Assembly (NCBI GenBank): GCA_964291215.2
Contig: OZ219790.1
Coordinates: forward strand, 704,001 to 768,000
DNA from: Alphaproteobacteria bacterium
GTDB taxonomy: Bacteria > Pseudomonadota > Alphaproteobacteria > MPNO01 > UBA830
Direction: 5' to 3'
Length of the DNA stretch: 64,000 nt
Positions 55,370-64,000 of the stretch are shown piece after piece. The notes beneath the pieces are model-generated. The model was not told the DNA's origin. It did no database searches and saw only the letters and a program-made list of their open reading frames with translations. The translations under genes were made by a program, and so were the position numbers. The stretch's first letter is position 1; each line of letters begins with the position of its first letter.

Positions 55370-56134
55370 ATGCCCAAGACTCCTGACTACTTTCGCGGCA
55401 AGACCATCCTGATCACCGGAGCCGCCGGCGGGATCGGCCGCGCGACCGCGCACATTTTCGCCCGCGAAGGCAGCAATGTCGTCGTTGCCGACATCGACGC
55501 CGAGGGGGCAGAACGCGTCGCCGGGGAAATCCGCGGAACCGGCAGCGGTTCGCTGGCCGCCGCATGCGACGTTACCGACCGCAAATCGGTGGACGCCGCG
55601 GTCGAGGCCGGCATCGGGGCATTCGGGCGAATAGATTTCCAGCTCAACAGCGCCGGAACCCCGGGCCGCCGCGAGATCTTTCTCGGAATCGACGACGCGT
55701 TGTGGCGCCAGACCCATGCGCTCAATGTCGACGGTGTGTTCCATTGCATGCAGGCCGTCCTGCCGCACATGATCGGGCATGGCGGCGGCGTCATCGTCAA
55801 CATCGCAAGCATGGCACACCGGCGCGGCGGGCCGGGCCACTCCATCCACTACGCCGCGGCCAAGGGCGCGGTGGTCACGATGACGATGGGTGTGGCCCGC
55901 GAGTTCGTCGACCGCGGCATCCGCGCGCTCTCCATTTCTCCGGGCCCCGTGGACACCCCGTTCCACGCCGTCTCGTCCGACGAGCTGATCGCGCGCATGA
56001 CCGACGATGTGCCGATGAAGCGATTCGGACTGCCCGAGGAAATCGGTGAACTGGTCCTGTTCATGTGTTCCGATGCCTGCGAATACATGACCGCAGATAC
56101 CGTCTACGTGAACGGCGGCGGCGGGTGGCGCTGA
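55370..56134 (+). CDS. SDR family oxidoreductase
   Basis: TGAAGGIG, NSAG, YAAAK, PGPVDT. Confidence 0.9.
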   Translation: MPKTPDYFRGKTILITGAAGGIGRATAHIFAREGSNVVVADIDAEGAERVAGEIRGTGSGSLAAACDVTDRKSVDAAVEAGIGAFGRIDFQLNSAGTPGRREIFLGIDDALWRQTHALNVDGVFHCMQAVLPHMIGHGGGVIVNIASMAHRRGGPGHSIHYAAAKGAVVTMTMGVAREFVDRGIRALSISPGPVDTPFHAVSSDELIARMTDDVPMKRFGLPEEIGELVLFMCSDACEYMTADTVYVNGGGGWR

Positions 56135-56143
56135 CGACGCCGG

Positions 56144-57436
56144 TCAGAGGGCACCCTCGACCCAGACCGGCACGATCGTGGTCATCGCATCGGTGATCGC
56201 CGCGAGTTCGGGGCCGGTCAGCGTGAAGGGCGGCATCGTGTAGATCACGTTTCCGAAGGGCCGCAGCCAGACCCCGGCATCGACGAACGCCGCCTTGAGG
56301 CGGTCGAGGGAATGAAGTTCGGCAACTTCGATCGCCCCGACGGCTCCCCTGATTCGCACATCGACCACGCCCGCCACATCCCCGAGCGGCAACAACGCGG
56401 CAGCAAGATGACGCTCGATGGCAGCGACCTGCTCCAACCGCGGCTCCCGTTCAAACAGATCGAGCGAAGCGTTGGCAGCGGCGCAAGCCAGGGGATTCGC
56501 CATGTAGGTCGGCCCGTGCATGAGCGCCGCGGACTCGTCGGCGTCGAGGAACGCCGCGAACACCTCGCCGGTGGCCATGGTAGCGGCGAGGCTGACCGCC
56601 CCTCCGGTCAGCGCCTTGCCGAGGCAAAGAATATCCGGGCAGACGCCCGCCTGCTCGATCGCGAACATGCTGCCCGTGCGCCCGAAGCCGGTGGCGATTT
56701 CGTCGACGACGAGGAGCACATCCGCCTCGCGCGCGGCATCCGCGATCGTGCGCAGCACGGACGGATCGTGCATCTTCATCCCCCCCGCGCACTGGACAAG
56801 GGGCTCGACGATCACTGCAGCCACCCTTCTCCGCCGCTCGCGCAGCTTCGCACGCAACGCTTCCTGCCCGGCCTCGTCTCGGGGAAGTTCCGCCATTGCC
56901 TGTTGGGGAAGGTAGCCGCGGAAGAGCCGGTGCATGCCTTCTTCCGGATCGGTCACCGACATCGCCGCCATCGTGTCGCCGTGATAGCCGTGGCGGAAGG
57001 CAACGAACTCCGTGCGACCGCGCTCACCGCGGTTGATCCAGAACTGGACTGCCATCTTCATGGCGACCTCGACAGCCACCGAGCCCGAATCGGAAAAGAA
57101 CGCATGCCGCAGCGTGCCGGGCAGAAGGTCAGCCAGGCGCGCCGCCAGACGCTCGGCCGGCGCGTGGATCAGCCCTCCGAACATCACATGCGGCATGTCG
57201 CGAAGCTGGCGTTCCATCGCCTCGACGATATGTGGATGGGCATGGCCGTGGCACGCCGTCCACCACGACGAGACCGCGTCGACGAGCTGACGGCCGTCCT
57301 CGAGCACGATGTGCGCACCCGCCGTGCGCGCAGCGCGCAGCGGTGTCGCAACGCCGCGCATCTGGGTGTAGGGAAGCCAGAGATGCGGGAGCGTGGCCCC
57401 CGCTGCTACCCGCGGGTCAGGAGGTGGTTGCGGCAT
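56144..57436 (-). CDS. bioA: Adenosylmethionine-8-amino-7-oxononanoate transaminase
   Basis: [48 protein letters not shown]. Confidence 0.96.
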   Translation of the reverse strand: MPQPPPDPRVAAGATLPHLWLPYTQMRGVATPLRAARTAGAHIVLEDGRQLVDAVSSWWTACHGHAHPHIVEAMERQLRDMPHVMFGGLIHAPAERLAARLADLLPGTLRHAFFSDSGSVAVEVAMKMAVQFWINRGERGRTEFVAFRHGYHGDTMAAMSVTDPEEGMHRLFRGYLPQQAMAELPRDEAGQEALRAKLRERRRRVAAVIVEPLVQCAGGMKMHDPSVLRTIADAAREADVLLVVDEIATGFGRTGSMFAIEQAGVCPDILCLGKALTGGAVSLAATMATGEVFAAFLDADESAALMHGPTYMANPLACAAANASLDLFEREPRLEQVAAIERHLAAALLPLGDVAGVVDVRIRGAVGAIEVAELHSLDRLKAAFVDAGVWLRPFGNVIYTMPPFTLTGPELAAITDAMTTIVPVWVEGAL

Positions 57437-58406
57437 CCGGCTGCATCGTCCGCAAGCCGAGGCGCTGGAGGAGCGCGCGATCATCGGACGGATCCGGATT
57501 TGGCGTGGTCAGCAGCATGTCGCCGGAGAAGATCGAGTTCGCGCCGGCCAGAAAGCACAGCGCCTGGGCTGCGGAACCGATCTCGAGGCGTCCCGCGGAC
57601 AACCGCACCATTGATTGCGGCATCATGATCCTTGCCGTCGCGATCGTGCGCACGAGTTCCAGCTCGTCAAGCGGCGGCATGTCTGCCAGCGGCGTTCCGG
57701 GCACAGCCACCAGCATGTTGATCGGAACGCTCTCGGGGTGCTGCGGAAGCGTCGCGAGGGTGCGCAGCATGTCGGCGCGGTCCTCGCGGCTCTCGCCCAT
57801 TCCGACGATGCCGCCGCAACAGACGCTGATGCCGGCGGCGCGCACGCGCGCCAGCGTGTCAAGCCGGTCCGAGAAGTCCCGGGTGGTGACGATCTTCCTG
57901 TAATGCGCTTTTGAGGTATCAATGTTGTGGTTGTAATAGTCGAGGCCGGCGCCTTTCAACTGCTCAGCCTGGCCGTCCTCGAGGAGCCCGAGTGTGGCGC
58001 AGGTCTCCATCCCGAGCGACCTGACCTCGGCAATCATCTCGCAGAGCGAATCCATGTCGCGCCGGTGCGGGCCGCGCCATGCAGCACCCATGCAGAACCG
58101 GGTCGCTCCGGCATCCCGGGCCCGGATGGCAGCTGCCCGGACCGCGTCGACCGACATCAGCCGCTCGGCCCCGACCCCGGTCTTGTGGTGAACGCTCTGC
58201 GAGCAGTAGGCGCAGTCTTCCGGACAGCCGCCCGTCTTGATGTTGAGCAGAGTCGAGATCTGGACCTCGCCAGCGTCGAAATGGCGCCGGTGAACCGTTT
58301 GCGCAAGTTGCATCAGATCGCTAAATGGCGCCGCGATCAGCGTACGGGCTTCCTCGCGCGTCCAGTCGTGACGGACGCCACCGGATTCGATCAGAAATTC
58401 GAGCAT
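57417..58406 (-). CDS. bioB: Biotin synthase
   Basis: [36 protein letters not shown]. Confidence 0.97.
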   Translation of the reverse strand: MLEFLIESGGVRHDWTREEARTLIAAPFSDLMQLAQTVHRRHFDAGEVQISTLLNIKTGGCPEDCAYCSQSVHHKTGVGAERLMSVDAVRAAAIRARDAGATRFCMGAAWRGPHRRDMDSLCEMIAEVRSLGMETCATLGLLEDGQAEQLKGAGLDYYNHNIDTSKAHYRKIVTTRDFSDRLDTLARVRAAGISVCCGGIVGMGESREDRADMLRTLATLPQHPESVPINMLVAVPGTPLADMPPLDELELVRTIATARIMMPQSMVRLSAGRLEIGSAAQALCFLAGANSIFSGDMLLTTPNPDPSDDRALLQRLGLRTMQPDAATTS

Positions 58407-58452
58407 GTGCGCTATAGTACTGCCGTGACAGGTTGCGGCAAGCGAAATCGCA

Positions 58453-59637
58453 ATGACAAGCTCGACACTCGACCGGTTCGCGGTCGACAAGCTCGACCGC
58501 GCGACCCGGCGCGGACTGCACCGGGAACTGCGCCCCATGCGCCGGCGAGATGCCGTCCGCATCCTCTGCGAGGGACGTGAACTTCTGTCGTTCTGCTGCA
58601 ACGACTATCTCGGACTTACCCACGATCCACGCCTCGCCGCGGCCGCCGCGGATGCGCTGACAACCTACGGAGCCGGCGCCGGCGCGTCCCGACTCGTTTC
58701 CGGCAACCATCCTCTCCACGAACGGCTCGAGGAGCAGCTGGCGGCAATCAAGGAGACGGCAGCCTGCTGCGTTTTCGGGAGCGGATACCTGGCAAATGCC
58801 GGAATCATCCCGGCGCTCGCAGGGCCCGGCGATCTCGTGGTACTGGATGCCTTGGCGCATGCGTCGATGCACATGGGTGCGCGCGCCAGCCGTGCCGAGA
58901 TTCGCGAGTTCGCCCACAACGACACCGATCACTGCGCCGCAATCCTGGCCGAGGAGCGCGGCCGATACCGGTACTGCCTGGTGCTGACCGAGGGCGTCTT
59001 CAGCATGGACGGCGACCGCGCACCGCTCGACGCGCTGGCCGAGATCTCCGCCGCCCACGATTCGTGGCTGCTGGTCGATGATGCGCACGGCTTCGGCGTG
59101 CTCGGCGGCGGCCGCGGCAGCATCTTCGAGTACAACCCGCGGCCCGAGGTCCCTCTCCAGATCGGCACGCTGTCGAAGGCGGCCGGCGCCTATGGCGCCT
59201 TCCTCTGCGCCAGCGCCCCGGTTATAGCCCTTGTCCAGCAGCGGGCGCGCAGCCTGATATACACTACCGGCCTGCCGCCATCGGTCATCGCATCGTCGAT
59301 CGCAGCCGTCGAGATCATCGCCTCCGAACCGGAGCGCGTCGCCGCGCCGCTCCGCAAGGCGCAGAGATTCTGCGCCCGTCTCGGCCTCGGCGCGCCGGAA
59401 AGCCCGATAGTGCCCATCGTTCTCGGCGAGGAAAAGCAGACGCTGGCCGCATCCACCATGCTGGAGCGAGAGGGTTTCCTGGTCACTGCCATCCGGCCGC
59501 CCACCGTCCCCGCCGGCACGTCCCGGCTGCGCTTCACGTTCTCGGCAGCCCATGAGGACGGTGATGTGGATCGGGTGGCCGACGCCGTCCGCCCGCTGAT
59601 GGCGCAGGAAACCACCGCCGCCGTGAGCCCGACATGA
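58453..59637 (+). CDS. bioF: 8-amino-7-oxononanoate synthase
   Basis: [37 protein letters not shown]. Confidence 0.95.
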   Translation: MTSSTLDRFAVDKLDRATRRGLHRELRPMRRRDAVRILCEGRELLSFCCNDYLGLTHDPRLAAAAADALTTYGAGAGASRLVSGNHPLHERLEEQLAAIKETAACCVFGSGYLANAGIIPALAGPGDLVVLDALAHASMHMGARASRAEIREFAHNDTDHCAAILAEERGRYRYCLVLTEGVFSMDGDRAPLDALAEISAAHDSWLLVDDAHGFGVLGGGRGSIFEYNPRPEVPLQIGTLSKAAGAYGAFLCASAPVIALVQQRARSLIYTTGLPPSVIASSIAAVEIIASEPERVAAPLRKAQRFCARLGLGAPESPIVPIVLGEEKQTLAASTMLEREGFLVTAIRPPTVPAGTSRLRFTFSAAHEDGDVDRVADAVRPLMAQETTAAVSPT

Positions 59638-59677
59638 GCGTACGGTCCGGGGCCCGCCCGGCCGCCGCACGGCCGTG

Positions 59678-60334
59678 ATGGCGGCGTTGTTCGTCACCGG
59701 TGCAGGAACCGGCGTCGGCAAGACCTATGTCGCTGCCGCCCTCGTCCGGGCCTGGCGGTCCCGGGGCCTGGCCGCAGAGGCGCTCAAGCCGGTTGTCAGC
59801 GGGTTCAACGCCGCAGAGCCCGCGGACTCGGACACCGGATGCCTGCTCGCCGCGCTCGGCCGCAACATATCGCCACTAAACATCGCCCGCATCTCTCCGT
59901 GGCGCTACGCCGAACCGCTGTCCCCGGACATGGCGGCAGCCAGGGAAGGGCAGGAGGTCCCCTACGACGATGTCGTCTCGTTCTGCCGGAAGGCCGTGGG
60001 CCGGAGCGACACGGACGATGCCCGGCTCGTGATCGAGGGCATCGGCGGCGTGATGGTGCCGCTCGACGACACCCATACGGTCCGCGATCTTGTCGCCACG
60101 CTCGCGATCCCGGCGCTTCTTGTCGGCGGTAGCTATGTCGGCAGCCTGAGTCACACGCTGAGCGCCTATGAAGCCCTCCGCGCACGCCGCGTCGCCATCG
60201 AGAGAATCGTGGTCAGCGAAACCCCCGACAGCCCGGCCGCCCTGGAGGAGAGCTGCGCGGTACTGCGAAGATTCGTTGGCGCAACCCCTGTCGAGCCGCT
60301 GCCTTTCGGCGCCGCGGTCAGTGATGCCGGATAG
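59678..60334 (+). CDS. bioD: Dethiobiotin synthase
   Basis: VTG.GTGVGKT, KPV.SG, EG.GG.MVP, GSLSHT. Confidence 0.93.
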   Translation: MAALFVTGAGTGVGKTYVAAALVRAWRSRGLAAEALKPVVSGFNAAEPADSDTGCLLAALGRNISPLNIARISPWRYAEPLSPDMAAAREGQEVPYDDVVSFCRKAVGRSDTDDARLVIEGIGGVMVPLDDTHTVRDLVATLAIPALLVGGSYVGSLSHTLSAYEALRARRVAIERIVVSETPDSPAALEESCAVLRRFVGATPVEPLPFGAAVSDAG

Positions 60335-60348
60335 CCGTCCGCCGCCGC

Positions 60349-61188
60349 TCACCGCGCTCCGGCGGTGACGATCCAGCATCCGCCGCCGAGCCGGATCGAC
60401 CCGTCGCGCCGATTTTTCTTGAGCGCCTCGGCGACAGCGTCCCATGCGCGCCGTCGGTCAGCCTCGTCCGCCGCGGCATAGGGCGACGCGAGAGGGCCGA
60501 CCTCGACCAGGAACTCCACCGCCCGTTCGATATCCTCCCCGACAGGCATGTCGAGATCGAGCGGCGCACAGGACGGCGCAGAAAAACCGGCGCTCTTGAG
60601 GATCCCGCGCACCCGTTCCGGATCGGCGAAGGAGAACGGGCCCGGTTCCTCGGGAGCGGAACGCGGCGGAATCTCGAGAAACGGGCGCGCCGCCGAAACC
60701 GGCACCATTGCCCACGCGTTCTCGCGAGGCTCGCGCCAGACGCCGAGCACGATTCGCCCCCGCGGCGCAAGAGCGCGTCGAAGGGAGCCGAATGCGAGGA
60801 CCGGATCGCCGAAGAACATCGCGCCGAGGCGCGATACCAAGAGGTCGAAGGACTCGGGCTCAAGCGGACAGGCAGCGGCATCGCCAACGATAAACCGCAC
60901 ATTCACGCCAGCCTCGGCAACCCGTTGCCGCGCCACCGCAACCATCGGTTCCGACACATCGATGGCCGTGACGGCGCCGTTCGGCACGCGTCGCGCAAGG
61001 GGGATCGCAAGTCCTCCCGCTCCGCAGCCCAGATCGAGTACGCGGTCATCGGTTGCAGGCGCCGATGCCTCCAGAATCGCCTCCGAGAGGCCGGCAAACA
61101 TCGCATCCACGGCGTCGCTGTAGCGCGCCCAGGACCGGCCCGGCCTGTCGTTCCAGAACTCGATCTGATTGCTGTTGTCGCGGGTCAT
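60349..61188 (-). CDS. Class I SAM-dependent methyltransferase
   Basis: FWN, VLDLGCGAG, SRLG.MFF.DP, PGPFSFAD. Confidence 0.88.
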   Translation of the reverse strand: MTRDNSNQIEFWNDRPGRSWARYSDAVDAMFAGLSEAILEASAPATDDRVLDLGCGAGGLAIPLARRVPNGAVTAIDVSEPMVAVARQRVAEAGVNVRFIVGDAAACPLEPESFDLLVSRLGAMFFGDPVLAFGSLRRALAPRGRIVLGVWREPRENAWAMVPVSAARPFLEIPPRSAPEEPGPFSFADPERVRGILKSAGFSAPSCAPLDLDMPVGEDIERAVEFLVEVGPLASPYAAADEADRRRAWDAVAEALKKNRRDGSIRLGGGCWIVTAGAR

Positions 61189-61299
61189 CGTGCTCTCCCC
61201 AACAGTCGCAACGGAGACGGAAAATACCCGGAACGGGCCGCGGGAAACGGAATCGGCACAACAGGTGCCGGCGCCCGCCACCGGGCAGGACCGGACAGG

Positions 61300-62342
61300 C
61301 TATTCGTCGGGGAGTTCCATCGCCAGTTCAAGGTTCGCGGGATCCGGCGCGAGCTCGCCGGCATCAATGCGCGCCGACACGGCGGCGACGGCGCGGTTCG
61401 CGGGCGCCGCAACGCCCAGCCGCGCCCCTCGGCGACGACAGATCCGTTGATGAAGTCAACTTCGCTGTACCGCCCCTTGAGGTGGTCCTGCAGCACGCAA
61501 TCCCTGGCCGTTGGCCCGATGTCGCCGGCCAGTTTCTCGATGAGCATTTCGAGGAGCCGGTTCGTATCCTTCATCTCCTCCGCCGACAACCCGAATAGGG
61601 GCTCGACCGAATGGCCCAATTTCTGGCCGACGGCGAGCGTTTCACGGCCGGCACGGAGAAGGAACTTCCGCGATCCGCGGGTGTTGACGGCCTCGAACGG
61701 CGTCAGGCCGAGCATGGCGACGGGACCGAGCCTCATCGAGTTGACGACCAGCTTCATCCGCTTGGCGGACAGGGTGTCGTCGGCGATGCTGATGCGTCCG
61801 ACATTGAGGAGAATGTCGCGGAGTTCGGGCAGACTTGCCTGCTGCACGGAGTCCAACACCCCGATCCCGAGCCAGCTTTTCTCCGGAGGCGTGTTTCTCT
61901 GGATAAGGCCCGGCGTGAAGAGTTCCGAGGAGAACGCGATCACGCATGCGACGGTGCGGTCGGAACCGGCGATGGCCGCGATTTCCGCCGCGGTCATGGC
62001 ATTCTGTATGCCGACCATGATGCCGTTCTCCGAGAGGTACGGCAGGATGAGATGCGCCATCCAGCCGCTGTCGTAGACCTTCGGCATGAGGAACACGTAA
62101 TCTAAGCGGCGCTGGAAGGTGCACACGTCGCAAAGGTGATGCGCGCTGACGTCGACATGCAGCCTGCGCCCGGGCATCTCGACGGTCAGGCCGTTCGACC
62201 TCATGTCCTCGGCATGTTCCGGCCACTGATCGATCACAGTCACGTCAGGTCCGGCATGCACCAGATCCGCGGCGACGCAACCGCCATTCGCGTCCGTGCC
62301 AACCACGGCTATCGACTTGCCCAACCTGTCAATCCCCGCCAT
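61300..62342 (-). pseudogene. Ketopantoate reductase (PanE/ApbA)-like protein, probable pseudogene
   Basis: Degenerate Rossmann GTDANG, IDQWPEH, K.YD, QN, KLVVN, QDHLKGRYSEVDFING. Frameshift near 61420; the shifted frame ends ..PANRAV..ELPDE* at 61300. Confidence 0.72.
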
Positions 62343-62444
62343 CGCCCAATGCTCTTGCGGCGACTGTCGCGCCATCCATACACGCGCCGCCGGCCGCGCC
62401 CAATTGCAGTGCCGCGGAAGCTACCGCAACCGAGGCGACGCAGC

Positions 62445-62719
62445 TCAGAACTTGTGGAATTCGGCCCATTCCGGGGACCGGTAATGATCTTCCCAACCAT
62501 CGATGCAGACATCGATAACGCTCGTGACCCCGGCCGTGGCGGCCCGCTCCAGCGCCGGCACCAACCCGTCCGGATGCTCAACCCTCTCGCCACGGGCGCC
62601 ATAGGCCTGTGCGAGCATGACCAGATCGGTGGGACCGTAGTCCGAGCCGATCTGTCAGCCGCCATACACATTCTCCTGAAAGACGCGAAGCGCCCCGTAG
62701 CTGCAATCATTGTAGACAA
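62445..62719 (-). pseudogene. C-terminal fragment of a thiamine-diphosphate-dependent enzyme, cut by IS66
   Basis: VYNDCSYGALRVFQ..G*..DLVMLAQAYGARGERVE..L..ALERA..VIDV, with an internal TGA. Confidence 0.7.
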
Positions 62720-64000
62720 GTATCTACTCACCCCTAGTGTTATGTCAGCAATGATATGTCGTACATTTGGTGCTAGACTGTCCGTCCATTCGGGATGGAG
62801 GTCGGAGTATGAAACGCTATGTGGTGACCCTGGACGAACGGGCAGAACTTTCGGAGATCAAGGGCTCGCACCTGTCGCAAAAGGTAATCAACGCCCTGCT
62901 TAACTGCGACGAGGGCGCGTTCAATGAATGCCAGATGACCGGGAAGGTCATTGCCGAGATTCTGCGCATCAGCATGCGCAAAGTAGACCGGGTGAAGAAG
63001 CGTTTCGAGGGGCTGGAGGCGGCATTGGGTGGCCGGCAAGGACGCCGTCCTACCTATATACGAAAAGCCGACGGCGTCTTCGAGGCGCGTGGCCCTGAGT
63101 TGTGGTGAACCGCCCGAGGGTTACGCGCAATGGTCGTTGCGGCTGCTGGCCGACCGCGTTGTCGAGCTTGGTTACGCCATATCACACGAGACGGTGCGGC
63201 GTGTTCTAAAAAAAACTGCCTCAAGCCATGGCAGCGGGTGGGTAATTCCTCCTCAAGGGAACGCCGACTTCGCCGCGGCGAAGGTGCTCGATCGCCGCCC
63301 CGCCGCCTTCCCCGTGGTCTGCATGGATGAAACGCCCCGACCGGCGAGACACGGCAACCGATCGCCATGGCGCCGGGACGGGCGTAACGACTACGAGTAT
63401 CGACGTTGCGGTACCTGCAACGCCTTCATGGAACCCCTGGCCGGCAAGCGCATGACCAAGGTAACCGAGCGCAAGATCGATTGGCGCAGTTCCTGGCCGA
63501 CATCGCCGGGCGCTACCAGGACGCCACCACCATCACCCTGGTGATGGACAATCTCAACACTCCCCGGCGCCCTCTACGAGGCCTACCCGCCGGACGAGGC
63601 CAAGGCCCTGTGGGACCGCTTCGAGTTCGTCTACACCCCCAAGCACGGCAGTTGGCTGAACGTGATCGAACTCAACGTCATGATCCGCCTGAACCGCTGC
63701 ATCGACCGAGGTGCTACGCCGGAAAGTCGCCGCTTGGCAGGCGACCGCATTCAGGCCAAGGTGGATTGGCAGTTCACCACCGACGATGCCCGCGTGAAAC
63801 TCAAACGCCTTTATCCGACATTTTATAAATGACAAGACACTAGTTGGGTTATGATTGATCGTAGTGCTCGTTGATGATGTCTGCGGCTTTTCCGTCGAGG
63901 GCGATCTGGGTGGCGACGTGATGATTGTAGCCGAGTGCGGCCATGGAGGTGAGGTAGCTTGAGCCCCGGCACCATGCTTTTGCGTGGAGCGGAAGCATCC
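62720..64000 (-). mobile_element. IS66-family right end (62720-62736, resuming 63843-64000), interrupted by IS630; continues off the window
   Basis: GTATCTACTCACCCCTA|GTTGGGTT..., near-identical to 4034-4208. Confidence 0.9.
62737..63840 (+). mobile_element. Second IS630-family element (two-ORF frameshift type), decayed transposase about 62809-63832
   Basis: TIRs GTGTTATGTCA / TGACAAGACAC with TA duplicated at CTAG. MKRYVVTL, PPEGYAQWSLRLL, slippery A8C at 63208-63216, VCMDETP, DYEYRRCGT, VMDNLNT, YTPKHGSWLN, KLKRLYP. Confidence 0.92.

Noticed and set aside
60349-61188. Methyltransferase next to bioD as BioC
   Set aside because: It is convergent to bioFD and resembles a generic class I MTase (FWN.., PGPFSFAD). 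I see no BioC-specific features.

Overview
GC-rich alphaproteobacterial chromosome, Rhodospirillales-like by gene content (GapR, TrcR, COQ9-def-rpsU, hflKC-degP-miaA-ilv). Most of 6-62 kb is intact core genes: suf operon, mreBCD-mrdA-rodA, leuA, ilvIHC, miaA, degP-hflCK, mrp, rpmE, pfkA, purEK, def, rpsU, pepF, ubiB-like kinase and divergent bioBA/bioFD. Mobile DNA is concentrated at 1-5960 (a nested stack: IS66 > group II intron > 2x IS256 > IS630, plus IS66 > MITE > IS66 carrying a Dam-like methylase remnant), 12.6-14.9 kb, 23.2-24.4 kb (MITE with a nested IS630) and 62.7-64 kb (IS66 end with a nested IS630). The most striking signal is how the mobile elements decay: they carry many small deletions of almost fixed size (5-7 bp, mode 6). 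Two copies of one IS630 differ by 16 deletions (1x5, 9x6, 5x7, 1x12 bp = 106 bp, exactly the length difference), all in one copy, against only about 20 substitutions. The same signature appears in IS256, IS66, a second IS630, IS30 and the intron RT. This may reflect an undescribed mutational or genome-defence process; no gene responsible for it is identifiable in this window. No tRNA, rRNA or CRISPR array was seen. All alignments were done by eye, and family assignments come from recognised motifs, not database searches.
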